Positions 51,820-64,000 of a stretch of 64,000 bases of DNA are shown here, one piece after another. Within the stretch, counting starts at the first letter, position 1. Each line of letters opens with the position of its first letter. The position numbers and the translations under genes are program-made. The notes below the pieces were generated by a model. That model did no database searches and was not told the origin of the DNA. It saw only the letters and a program-made list of their open reading frames with translations. This DNA comes from Fonticula alba ATCC 38817 (lineage: Eukaryota > Protista > Nucleariida). The stretch lies in the NCBI GenBank assembly GCA_000388065.2, contig KB932201.1; one strand, given 5' to 3'.

Positions 51820-53191
51820 TCAATCGGCCTGCCGGCCAGCTGGCGGGTCGGGCGTAGGACCTGAGCCGCGTGGAGTGGCAGGCGTGGGCTCCGGCGGGGA
51901 CACGAGGCTCCCGGGAAAAGCGAGCTCCGACACTGGCGAGGCGTTCGGACTGGCATCCGGCTCATCGGCAGGGGCTTGCACTGGCACCAGATCCGGACTG
52001 GACGTCGGGGCAGGTGGCAGGACAGTCGGCTCGATTGCCGGGGCTGCCTGCAGGGGGGCCCCTCCGAGGGGGTCCTCTGCACCAGGCAGGTGGACATTCG
52101 GCAGGGCCAATTCGGCGGGCTCGCCGCCGGCCTCACCCGCTGCGGCTGTGGCGGGGGCGGAGGACCCACTGATCGGGCTATTGGGGGGGTTTACTTCAGC
52201 CCCATTTTGACGATCCTCACTGATCGGTGGAGGCTGCTCGGGCGCGGGCGCGGGCGCGGGCGCGGGCGTCGGCGAGGGAGGCGAGCAAGGAGCTGCCAGC
52301 GGGCAAAGATCCGGAGAGGACTGGCGCTGGGCGGCCAGAGCGGCCACCGAGGCGTAGCTAGATCCGGAGCCTGGGGCCGGCGTATAAGCGGGAGAGGGTG
52401 GTCAGGGCCGGGCCAAAGGACAAAGGCGTTTGGCGAAGAGAGAAAGGAGGAGGCAGAAAGGCGAAAGTGCCGGAGTGCGAACCTGTGCGTGGCGGTCGAA
52501 GGGTCTCGGCCGGTGGAAGGAGCGCCCTGAGAGCCGCACAGTTGGCCTCATCCTCCAGCGACTGAGCCAGCCGGCGCCAAGCCTTCATCGTGCAGGCGGA
52601 CCAGAACGCGGCCAGCTGCTCGGCATCCATGCAGAAGAGCAGGAATTCGTGGAACAAATGGTCGTAGTCGAAGCCCGAAATTCTGAGCCACGGGGCAACG
52701 CGCGTCGGAGGCGGAGGGGGGATATGAGGAGGTTAGGGGTGGCAGATTGGCACCCATGGCCATGGCCAGGGGCGGGGGAGGAGAACGGGGAGGGGTCCTC
52801 AAGAGAACGCACTTGCTGCAGAAGACGTGGTTGTGCTCCCAGAGGAAGCCGCCATCATCCTCAAGCAGGTGGACCAATGCCGTGCCGGTCCGGTGAATGT
52901 ACTGGTCATAGAGGTACTCCGGCTGCCGAAGGGAGGCGGTGACGACGTGGCCCGGGAACTGGCGCTTGGTGGCCACTGTCCGAGGAGGGCAGCGACAGAC
53001 AGACAGACAGGCAGACAGACAGACAAGCAGACAGACAAGCAGACAGGCAGACAGACAGGCAGACAGACAGACAAGCAGACAGACAAGCAGACAGGCAGAC
53101 AGGCAGACAGACAGACAGGCAGACAGACAGACAGACAGACAGACAGACNNNNNNNNNNCAGACAGGCAGACAGGCAGACAGACAGACAGGC

Positions 53192-53228
<37 letters not shown>

Positions 53229-56200
53229 GGCAGACAGACAAGCAGACAGACAAGCAGACAGACAAGCAGACAGACAAGCAGACAGACAAGCAGACAGACA
53301 GGAGGTCAGTGTGCGGGCAGGCGCGACCGGGAGCAGCGAGGAGGAAGAGCGGGCATGGTTCGGATGGATTGGAGCGCACCGATATCCAACAGGAAGTCGA
53401 ACTTCAGCAGGAGTTCGTGGCCGAAGAAGGTGGCCGGCAGGTCCAGCAGCTGGGCAATGAAGGTGGCCACACTCAGGCGCAGGGCTTCCGGGATGACCAT
53501 GCTCCCGTGCGGGTCGAAGGGGTGGTCCAGCGGAGCCAGCGCCGGAGACGACCCGCCCGGGCCCGGGCCCGGGCCAGCGCTCGGGTCGGCGAAGGTCCCC
53601 CGGAAGGCATGCTCGTAAAGGACCTGCCGGGTTAGGCGGTTGATGGTGGTGACGATTTTGGGCGGGGGATGGGCAAAGGACACCTGCGGCAGGGACCCGA
53701 AAGGATCGCCCACCTTGGAGTAAGCCGGTGCCACCGGGACCTCGACCATGGTCATGCCAAAGGTCGAGGCCCGGCGCTGCCATTGTTGGATCATGTCCTC
53801 GAGGATGCGGGCCGTGCAGGCGACCCACTGCAGGTCGAAGTGATACAAAAGCCCCGGGTCAAAGTGCTGCTCGTAGTGGAGGAAGGCCCACTCGGTGCGG
53901 TCACTTCGCGTGGCGGAGCGCGGGAGGAGGGGCATTTGGCCGGGGAATGGTGCAGGTAAGTCAGTCACTGGAAGCGGGCACCGAGCGGGCGGGCGGGCGG
54001 GCGGGCGGGCGGGCGGGCGGGCGGTGGCGCGCGTGCGCACCTCTTTTTCAAGGGATCCGCATCCAGCACCAGGGACTTGGTCTTCTGGATGACACCCAGT
54101 TTGGGCGGAGCCGGGGAGATGGCCGAGGACCGCCGGGTCGCATCGTTTGCCGGGTCGGCGGAGGCAGCAGGCAGAGGCGCCGCCGCCGCCGGGGCCGGGG
54201 CCGGGACCGCCAATGTCGGAGCCGTGCTCTGCCGCGGCAGAACCGGGAAGGTGCTCGGGGTCATGCGCTCCGGTGTCGAGGGGGCGGTCATGCTGCCGGG
54301 GCCGGCGGATGGGGCAGGGCCGGCGGCTGCCGCGGCTGCCGCCCCGGCGGAAAGGCCCTTCAGATCCAATAACGGCGAGGAGGCACCAAGCAGCGACACA
54401 TATGACGAAGAGGCCGACCAATTCTTGGTGATCCGGAACCAGCGTTTGCTAAAGGGCTCAACTGGGGCAATGTCCGGCGGGGGGCCCACCCCGGGGGAGG
54501 GCTGCTGCGCGAGGGCCGGCGGCGGGGTGGCCGAGCCGAGGGCCGTGTCTGTGTCACCAGCGGCCGGGGCCGGGGCAGCGAGTCCAGCCGACGCAGCCGG
54601 CTCGACATTCGGCGGCGTCACAAGCATCTCATTCACCTGGTAGTAAAACAAGCCGTCGATCATGTTGTGCGCATGGATGACGTGCAGGATAACCCGGCGG
54701 CGGAGGAGGTCCCGGCCAAATTGCAGCGCATCCTCCCGCGTGTCGACCCCCTCAACATGGAGCAGGATCCAGTCGATGAGCTCGGTGCCGATGATGCAGC
54801 GTTCATACACGCACTGGTGCCACACGCGGTTCTTCAGAGAAACGCCACTGTGAAGCCCGGGTTGAACAGGGAGGGAGGGGGGGGGGAGGGGGGGCGGAGA
54901 GGGGTGAGAAATGGCGGACGGCGCGGCACAGGGCAAAGAAGGCAAGCCGACAAGTCTGCCACAACCAAGGGACAGGTGCCGGCGCACGTGAATGCGCGCA
55001 TGGCCGGCTACGCACCCGGTGGGGTCCATCAGGGCTGCGGCGATCTCGGTGGTGGTGGCTCCACGCCGCAGGGTGGGCACCTTGCCCGGGGGAGCCCGCT
55101 GCAGATGCCCGGCGACCTTGACCCACTCGCCGTGCTCGGCCCCGGTGGCCGTGATGCTGAAGGACACCTGGTCCCGGGAGTGGCGGCGATACCGGTGGAA
55201 GACCTCGGCGAAGCGCAATTGGGCTGCGATGCGGAATTCCTCATCGTCAAGCTTCTCCTGGTGGGCAAGCGCGCAAATTTGCATCTGCAGGGTGGACCGC
55301 GCGGCGCCGATCTTCTTCGGCAGCCAGGGAACCAGGGTGAAGCGCGTGCGCCAGTACTTCAGCGAATCGCTGTGGGCCGGGGCATCGGCGTCCGGCACCA
55401 GTCCGGCAAGCAAATGATCCAGCCGGTTCCAGTTGTACATGGACATTTCCGAGTACTGGAAGGACACCGATGCCGGGCGATAGCACTGCATCGAGGAAAG
55501 TAGCGGCTTCAGCAGGGCCCGACTCACGGACGAGGGGGTCGCTTGGGACCCGGGGCCCGGGGCAAAGGCCGAAGCCGAGGAGGAGGATACCTGTTGCGAG
55601 ACGCTGGCCGTGCGCCGGACAGCCAGCGTGCTGGCCGACCGACTGGGCCCGATGGATGCCGGGTCTTCGCTCGAGCCGGAGAGGGTATTCCGCCGGGAGT
55701 CGGAGGCTGGGTCGGTCGAATCGGCCTCCAGCCCCGGGGAGCCGGACTCCAACAGAGCCGCCGCATGTGCGGAGCCCTGCTTGCGGGAGGCCAGCACCAG
55801 GACGTCGACAAAGTCCTCCGGCACATCGTACCGCTTCCAGACAATGAAGTTGTACGTGACACTCGGCACCTCGCGACGGGACCGGCGCGACGACCGGCGG
55901 ACCTCGATCGACTGGGTGTGGACATTGAGATTGAGCTTCAGGCGACCAGGGGGCGGGGGGCGGGGGGCGGGGGGCGGGGGCGGGGGGTGAGGAGACGAAG
56001 GGCGAAGAGGGCTCGGAGTGTTTGAGGGCGCGCTTGGCTGGGAAATGGAGGCAGGTAGGCCGGCCGGCCGGAGGAGAGGCGCACCCGGTGGAAGTCATTG
56101 GCCACCGACAGGTAGAAAGGCTTGCTGAGCATGTCCAGGGCGGTGACGCCGCCGCCATACACATCGAGCGCATGTGGCCGGGCGGTGCTCGAACTGGCAG

Positions 56201-58097
56201 TGCTCGAGCCAGGCCCCGGGCCGGGACCGGGGCCCGGGCCGGAGCCGAACCCGGGAGCAGGCCCCGGACCCGGGCCCGGGCCCGGATTCAGCCCCTGGGG
56301 GAAGGGTGGCGCGTGCACGAGCCCGGGGGAAGTGATGTCGGCCGGGCCGCCAGCCGCAAGGAGTCCTCCCCCGGTCAGGTTGAGCCCGCCGGCGCCGAGC
56401 ATGGGGCCGGAGAAGCCGGCAAACACCGGCCCCGGGGCGCCGAGCCCGGTGATGTCCGATCCGAGCAGGCGCAAGTCCGAGAAAGTCGGCGGGATGATCA
56501 GCTGGAACCCCTGAGCCAGGCGCTGGGCCACGAGCTCGAAGAAAAGAGCCTCAATGCGGTCGTAGAATATTTGCTGGTCATCGTAGCTGCTGAAGAGGGA
56601 CAGGGTGTAGGAGTACTCGTTGTAATGCTTGTCCAGCTCCTCCTCAGTCGGGACATAGTCCGTGGTCAGGGGCAAAATGGCCGGGGTTGAAAGGGACAGC
56701 CACTTGACGCCGTCGCCGCCGCGCGAGGAGACCGCCGTCGAGGCGGACGCGCTGTCGCCGAAGGCATGCGGCCCCAGGAGCAGCAGCTCCGACGCCGTCG
56801 GCAGGGCATCCACACTGGCTGACGCGCCGGCCGGCGGGAGGCCGGACAGGAGGCCAGATCGCGCCCCGCGGCCAGACGCGCCCCCGGCCCCAGGCCTGGG
56901 CAGGGCGCCTGGCGGCATCAATGAGTCGGGGCCGACCGAACGTCCAGAGGCCGGGATGTCAATATTCGAGAGGGCCCCTGCAGGCAGGCAGGCAGGCAGG
57001 CGGGCAAGCGGCCAGGCGATGGGAAGACGTACCGACGCGCCGCGAATGGATGGAGGTGGCGGCCTCAATGGGGAAGGCGTGGTACCAGCGCCGGCGATAG
57101 GCACTCAATTTGAGTTGGCTATTGGCGGGGTTGGTGGGGTTCAGACGCTTGCCAGACAGGGAGAAGGAGGCCTGTGTCGGCGATGACAGTGGCAGCGGCA
57201 GCAGCAGCATCAACAGTCAGGGGCCCCCAAATGGCAGTCGGCAGTCGGTGGTCAGCAATATCGGGAGATGTCGTTCGAGAGGCGCCAAAGAGAAGGACAC
57301 CGGGGGGGGGGGGGGGGGNNNNNNNNNNNNNNNNNNNNNNNNNNNNNNNNNNNNNNNNNNNNNNNNNNGGGGGGGGGGGGGGAGCGGAATGGCGTGTGGT
57401 GACGTGAAGCCCTGGGAGACAGTGGCGCAAACGCACCGTGTGTCGGGGAACATCGGCCGAGCCGGACCCTGGCGGAGTGGCCGACAGGGCCGGAAGCGGG
57501 GCCGAGCCAAAGGAGTTGCTGCTCGGGCCGAGTGGCGGGGCTCCGCCAAGGCTGGGCAGCCCACCGGGCCCGGACAATGTCGGCAGGGTTCCCCCGAGCC
57601 CCGGGATGCCGGAGCCCAGCGGCGACAGAAGCGCCCCACTGGAAAAGAAGTCCATACCTTGCGCCCCGAATCCCGAGGGGACCGGGGCCGCCCCCCGGGG
57701 AGGAAGCTCGCCCACCGTGGGGGCCGAGTGGTGGTCGAAGGCCCCGCCGAAGCTGGGCGCCGAGAAGGTCGGGAAATCCAACAGCTGAGGCGACTGCCCA
57801 TGGGCGGCCCGGCGCCGGCGAAGCATCACCACATCCAGCGACCAGGCAGTCACGGCCATCGGTGTGCCGTACTGCGCGCGGTCGCCGACATGGCCCGCCG
57901 GCAGGGGTGCCGGTGCGCCGATGCGAGGGGCTATGATTTCAGCCAGTTAGACACGACCCATGCATGGGGGCGACAGGGAACAGGAGCCCGGGCAAGGGCG
58001 GGCACAAGCGTACCGGACTATCATCATGCATCTCGAGGCGAGGGTAGGTGCCGGTGGTGCCGGTGGTGCCGGTGGTGGTGGTGGTGGTGGCAGCGAC

Positions 58098-58128
<31 letters not shown>

Positions 58129-61100
58129 GCGGCGGCACCGGCACCACCTCCCGCAACGGCGGCCTGCGGCGCCAGGACACTGGTCTCCCTGGCCCACGAC
58201 GCGGGGTCCGTCCCGTCAGGGGCGAAGTAGTCCCCGGGGATGGGGACCGACCGAAGGCCGGCCGTTCCAACACCGGGAGCCGGGGTTTCACCCTGCGGAG
58301 AGGGAGCCATCGCGCCCGGTCCCGAGAAGCCTGACGGCCGAGAGGCCGCTGGCGCAGCAGCAGCCGCCAGCAAGGGCGACGCGGGGAGGCCGCCGGATGC
58401 CAGCCCCGACAGGGGCGTCGTCCCCGGCGGGACAGGCGGCAAAGGGGACAGGCCGATGCCTGACCCGGCGGGCTGGATGCCAGGCACTGCCTGGGGCAGG
58501 AAAAGCAGGCTCCCGGCCTGGGACGAGGCATCCACAGACGGGAGACCCGGCGACCGCAAGGGCGACCCGGAGACCGGGGGCCCGGCACGCGGCATCGATC
58601 CGCGACCAAGCGACCCAAAGGAAGTGGCCATGTGCAGGGCTCCGCCGGTGGCGCGTGCTCCGGCCACCGAGGGGGATCCAACGCGGATTGGCATGGCCGA
58701 AGCCGAGACCCAGCTCCCCTGCGGCAGGGACCCGGCGGACTGGGCGGCGGCCGTGACGTCCGCCAATGAGGCGCTGACCCGGCCGCCGGAGTCCATGTCA
58801 TCCACCAGACGTGAAGTCGGGCCACCTGGCAGCAGCGAGGAAGAAATCGTGCTCACCGAGGCCGAAAGGAGAGGGCCTGACGTGGGGGTCCCCGGGGTGG
58901 CCACAATCATCGGAATGCCGGCCGAGCCAATGGGTCGCGCGGAATCGGCGGCGGCGCTTGCAGGAGCAGCAGTCGCGTCGGCCAGCTGGACTTGGTCCTG
59001 GCCAGGCCCACTGGCCGGCGGGGCCGGCAACTGGTCGGCGGGTCCTTTGGCCGGGAGGTCGGACGTTGCTGAGCCGGAGCTCGGGGACCGCTGGCGGCCG
59101 AAGACATCCCCCAGGAAGGTCAGGACCTTGCGGCTGCGACTCGGGGTTCCCGTGGCCGAAGAGGGCCCCGTGCCCGGTGCACCGACGGTGCTGGTCGAAG
59201 AGGCCGAGGTGGAGAGACGCGGCGGGGACCCAGCCAGAAGGAGGGGACTGGGATCGGCCGGGGCATCGATGGCCACGGCCCGGGGGGTATGAGGCCCGCT
59301 CTTTTGCCCCGAGGCCGAGGTCGACAGCTGGGGCAAGCTGTCCGGCGACATGGCGGGCCCGGGACGCGGGGGGAGGGCATCTCCGCCGGCCGTGGACGGC
59401 GCCACGCCCGGGAAGGGCATCTTTTCCGCCGACGGCATTGGCGGCGGGGGTGGTAGTAGCGGTGGCGGATGCGGCAGTGGCAGGGGGCATGCTCCCTCCG
59501 CCGGATCGGTGACCAGGGTGGCCATGAAATCGGCGCCGGGGGCCAACAGCGGCGGCAGCAGTCCAGGCAGGGCGCCGGGAAAGGGAGGCGAAAGGAGGTC
59601 TCCTGGGGGCAGGCCCGCGGCCGGGAAGCCATTCGGCAAGAGGCCCAGCGGGGGGAATGGCCCAATGCCGGGGGCTTGCATGGGGGAGAACCCGGGCAGC
59701 GGAGGGAGAGCCGGCATTCCCGGCATTCCCGGCATGCCTGGCAGGGCCTGCAGCCCTGGGAAGCCCGGTGCGCCAGGGAGGCTGGGAAGCGGCGGGAGGG
59801 GCCCGATGCCGGTGAAGGGAGTCATCCCCGGGAAGGCGGGCATGCCCTGGAGCGACGGCATCCCCTGGAGCGACGGCATGCCCTGGAGCGACGGCATCCC
59901 GGGGAGGCCGGTCAGTCCAAACATGCCGCCGGGGCCAGCCATGCCAAAGACCGGGTCTGACTGACCGGAAAAGGGAAGGGGATAGGGCAGCAGCAAGTCG
60001 CCAGGCTGGTCGAAGGGCGAGCGGCGGTTTTGCCGGAAGGCCCCGGTGGCCAGAGTCTGCTGCTGGTAGTGACCCAAAGGAAGAAGGACGCAGGGGGGGG
60101 GGGGGGGGGGGGGGGAACAGCCGGCAAAGATGGTCAGTGGGTGTCGGCTCGAGGGGGGAAAAGAGGGAGATGGCCAGCGGCCACACGGGACCACGCACAC
60201 CGGGGAAGGCCGAACGAGCACGCGGAGCCATGATGCTTGGCCCTTGAGGGAGCTCATCGAAGATGGCCAAGTCGTGGAGGAACATCTGGCCGGATTGGGT
60301 GGAGGAGAGGCTGCCGCCGGCCGGGCCGCCCAGCAGGAGGCTGCCCTTGGCCGCGGTGGAGAAGGCAACATGCGGCGTGGCCAGAGTCTGTGACAGGAGG
60401 AGTCAATGGATCAGCGAGCGGGACTTGCCGGTGTGAAAGCACCAAATCCCGCGGCCGGGCACGTACTTTGGATGAGAAGCTCATGGACGAGGCGTGCTGC
60501 GCACCGGGCATGTTGCAGCGCGGGGTGAAGCGAACCGGCCGGAGTGGGCGGGAAATTTCCCACCGTGGCCGGGAGAAGTAACTGACATCAATCCAATGGG
60601 CCAGTGACATGGGGGACACATTGCGCACACGGCCGGCGACCGAGCTGCCCATGTCGGCCGATTGGGTTGCGGCCGGGGCTGCGGCCGAAGCCAGGGCCCG
60701 CAGGGGGGCGGCGCTCTCCGGCGACACAGAGGCATGGGTGCTGCCAGGCGGACGGCCCCCATGCGGAGTGGCCCGTGCCCGGGGGAGCCGGGTGCCGGCA
60801 GTCTCGGCCAGCGGCGCCGCGGCCTCCGGCTCCGGGGAGGCGGCCTCCCCCGGGGGATGGGAGAACCGGAAGAGTGGCACCGCATGCAAGGGCGGCCGGC
60901 CCAGGCAGACAATATCACAGCTGATGCCATTGTCGATCATGCGGTGCTAGACCACGGAAAGGGAAAGGGAAGAATAGCAGCGCGGGGGAAGGAGGCGGAG
61001 GAGGCGGACGGGGGAAGATTAGAGCATTGCAGAAGCAGGCGATCCTAGGGGGCGGGGAGCCGGACACCGAAAGGCAGGAATGCCGACCATTGGAGAGATG

Positions 61101-61484
61101 GGGGGGGGGGGGGGGGGGGGGGGGGAACAATAAAGGGTGGTGATCGCACGTTGAATAGATCGACCCATCGTTTTCGCGCATGGTCGGATGGGGCATACTG
61201 GGAGCATACAAACACACACACACACACATGCATACAGATGTGCGCACATGCATGCGACGTTAGCAGGCGGAGGAGATGCCACCGCACGTCAAACCATCCC
61301 GCTGTCCGAGACGTAGATCGACGAGTTGACCGTATCCGGGGCATTTGACCAACTAGATCCACTCCGCCGACCGGGGTGATACATGGAGCGAATGGGGAAG
61401 TTGACTCCATCAGTGGAGCTGGCCCACAGGGGGGACGGGCCAAGACCGAGAGAGGGGAGGGGGGGCGGTGGGGGTGGTGGGGGT

Positions 61485-61523
<39 letters not shown>

Positions 61524-63776
61524 CGCTGGGGCGATGTACCTTGGCCAGCTTGAAGGTGCTGTGGTTCACATCGAAGATCCCGGTGCCCGGGGTGATGATG
61601 ACGATCGAGAGCCCGGTGCGGTTGAAGTCCCGGTTGACAAAGGCCTTCTCCAGGATATTTTGCGCCATGTTCATGGCCTCCAGGATATTTCCCTCGTACG
61701 AGTGGCTGATTTGACCGAATGTGCCCTCGGCGTGGCCATTGGCTCGCTCCCAGGCACGAATGTCCCGCGGGTACCGGCTCAGCTCCGAACGCAGGGACCG
61801 CAACACCGGCACCCAGTCCGACCGGGTTTCCCATTCGACCACGCACTTGTAGAAGTCGCGATAGGGGCGCCCACTGGCGCGCCAACAGTCGAGGGCGGGG
61901 GGGGGAGGAGAGGGATTTGAGCGGGTTAGGGATGTGCTACTGGGTGAGACCGGGCACGGACAAGCGGGGCAAGAGAGAGAGAGAGAGACGGGAGGGGGGG
62001 AGGGGGGGAGAGCATGGCAGACGGAAGAGATGAGCAGAAGAAGGAGAAGAAACACACCGGAAATCGGTGTTAATGCGCCCGGGCCCGGTGGTGGAGCCGA
62101 CGTCCGAATAGAAGTGCCGCGAGAATAGCACAATCGACACCAGGTGATTGACGCCACGCTGGGACCAGCGGGAAAATAGCTCAGGCAGGAAACCTTTCAA
62201 GCATGAAAATGGTCAGAGTCACAGCGGGAGCATGGGCACGAAAAAGCCCACCAGCAACAGGGCACACGGAATGAAGAAGGACGGGCGCATGAAGGGGGGG
62301 GGGCGGGGGGCGGGGGGCGGGGGGTCGGTGCGGGCAGGCCCCGCGGGCGCGACACACCTTGAACGGCCTTCTCGAAGAAGAGCTCGCTGTCCTCCTCGTC
62401 GAAGGTCCACATTTCCTGGGACATCTGGATGAAAATGACGAAGCGCGCCGATTCCGAACGGTACACGCACTTGGTTTGCGGACCAAAGTAGCCATACAGC
62501 GAGGGCTGAGGGCCGATGTACAGCTGCTTGATCTGTCCCCCCAATGTGCCCCGGGAAAAATGACAAGCATGAAGGAGTGAGTTTGACCGGTCGGCCTGCT
62601 GAGGAGATGGCAGTGGGCAGGGGCACGACAACGACGATGACGACGACGGACCTGGCCACGCATGCCCAGGAAAGTGATCTTCTTTCCCACGTAGAGGGTT
62701 TCGCCGATGAGGCTGTTTTTCAGACGCCACATGTCGCTTCGAGAAAGGTACTGCATGGCAGCACAGGGAGCAGGTGGAATATCTGGCTGTCAGCATGGCG
62801 GACGCGAGGGGGCAAAGGGAGCAGCCTACCAGGCACGCACCTGCTCCTTGAAATTCACCTGGACAAAGCCAAGCCCCACAGAGCCCGGGCTCACCTGGGT
62901 GTCAGGAGCCGGGAAGGGGCGGCCAACGAGGAAGGGGGGGGGGGGGCGGCGGCGGCGGAAACGGGGAAAAGGCCGGTCAGTCAGCCAAACGCGCGTAACA
63001 AGGGGCGGCCGGCGCCAAAAATGCACACATCATTGCACCTTTGTCACGTAGCAATATTGGCGCTGATGGAAGCCGAAGAGCTCGGCGATGTGCTTTTGCA
63101 GGCTGATCTGCAACTGGGGATACTTGGAAGAGGATAGGGCCGACACCTTGACCACAATGCGCTTGATATCGGGACGGGCGGCTTTGGCAGGAGGTCAGAG
63201 AAACTGGCATCAAAGGAGGGGGAGGAAGCGGAAAGGGAGGCAAACCGAGAAGACACACCGGAGGCAGCGGCCGCATCCGCATCGGCCGTTTGGCCGGCCG
63301 GCGAGTCGCCGTGTGCGGAGAAGCGAACAGCCGAGCCGACCGAGGAAGATGTGGCACCTTCCGGCACGCCACCGGGGACAGTGCTGTTGCCCAGGAGCGA
63401 GGCTCCACTCGGGTGAAGGCGCGGAACTGGCGAACAAGTTAGCCGGGGCCGTGCAACAACGCCAAAAGGGAATGCCGCCCCGCCAGGGGGAAGGAGCACA
63501 CGCACCCGAGCCGATCATTGGCGCCGGACCGCCGGCATGCGTGCTCAAGCTGCCGATGGAGCTGCTGGAGCTGAGAGACCCACCAAATTGGCCAACCGGT
63601 CCGCCAGGTGAGGAGGAGGAGGAGGAAGTCGGCGAGGAGGCCAGCACGCCGACCGGAGGCATGGACGGCGCCTTGGACGAGGGGGAAGTACTGGACGAGG
63701 AGGTGGCCGACACATTGGCGGCAGCGCCTGTGCCACTGGTGCCGGCAGTACCCGCAGCGCTGGGACCACCTGCGCT

Positions 63777-63813
<37 letters not shown>

Positions 63814-64000
63814 GTGCCACTACCAGCCCCGGGGGCATTGGTGCCGCTGCCGCCACCACCACTGCCACCGCCGCTGACGCCGCCGCCGCCTCCAGCGCCA
63901 CTACTGCCGCCGCCGCTGACGCCGCCGCCGCTGCCGCCGCTGCTGCTGCCGCCGCCGCCGCCGCTGCCACCGCCGCTCGAGCCGCCAGTGGCGCTGGCTC
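51820..64000 (-). CDS. DEPDC5: GATOR1/SEACIT subunit DEPDC5/IML1, multi-exon, 5' end beyond the window
   Basis: Segments: [15 protein letters not shown]; [21 protein letters not shown]; DFYKCVV; [10 protein letters not shown]; [20 protein letters not shown]; [23 protein letters not shown]; LPLTTDY; [13 protein letters not shown]; DEP domain [20 protein letters not shown]; [27 protein letters not shown]; DQYIHRTG; [12 protein letters not shown]. Confidence 0.97.
52995..53299. repeat. Intronic tetranucleotide satellite (AGAC/AGGC/AAGC)n with internal 10-N gap
   Basis: Seen directly in a DEPDC5 intron; it produces spurious (CLSA/CLSV)n and (RQTD)n ORFs. Confidence 0.92.
59845..59898 (-). repeat. 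Three coding 18-bp tandem units encoding (G)MPSLQ repeats in DEPDC5
   Basis: ccctggagcgacggcat(c/g) x3; translates within [25 protein letters not shown]. Confidence 0.9.

Noticed and set aside
52548-53618. ORFs with (CLSA/CLSV)n and (RQTD)n repeats
   Set aside because: Translations of an intronic tetranucleotide satellite.
63545-63970. Poly-Ala ORF at the window end
   Set aside because: Starts with GTG in an alternative frame; the Gly/Ser frame is the one continuous with the DEPDC5 exon.

Overview
Eukaryotic, GC-rich, intron-dense genomic DNA with several N gaps. It is not prokaryotic: I found no CRISPR array, rRNA, tRNA, operon or recognisable transposase. Gene content and style suggest a unicellular opisthokont, possibly Fonticula-like (inference only). 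The style is short GT-AG introns with GT(A/G)CG donors, CTRAC branch points, and poly-C, (CT)n and (CA)n tracts. By manually splicing the ORF track I can support about 18 protein-coding genes. In order: TRM7/FTSJ1 (5'-partial), ROGDI/RAV2-like, NDUFA2, a short acidic protein with a ZNF830-like tail, MFAP1, NSR1/nucleolin, CEBPZ/Mak21, LENG8/THP3, LRMDA-like, ZZZ3-like, NOA1/YqeH GTPase, a membrane-anchored GST-fold protein, DRG1, CKS1, SCP2, a STE20/MAP4K kinase, ZC3HC1/NIPA-like and DEPDC5/IML1 (5'-partial). All family calls come from recalled motif similarity, not database searches. I found no convincing multi-gene novel system. The most unusual items are single-gene architectures: a C-terminally anchored GST-fold protein with a GDCxxS motif, a kinase-UBA-CNH MAP4K, an LRMDA with a Cys cluster and acidic-Trp tail, and a NOA1 with a ~280-aa internal segment. 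There is also a striking sense-strand poly-C intron signature.
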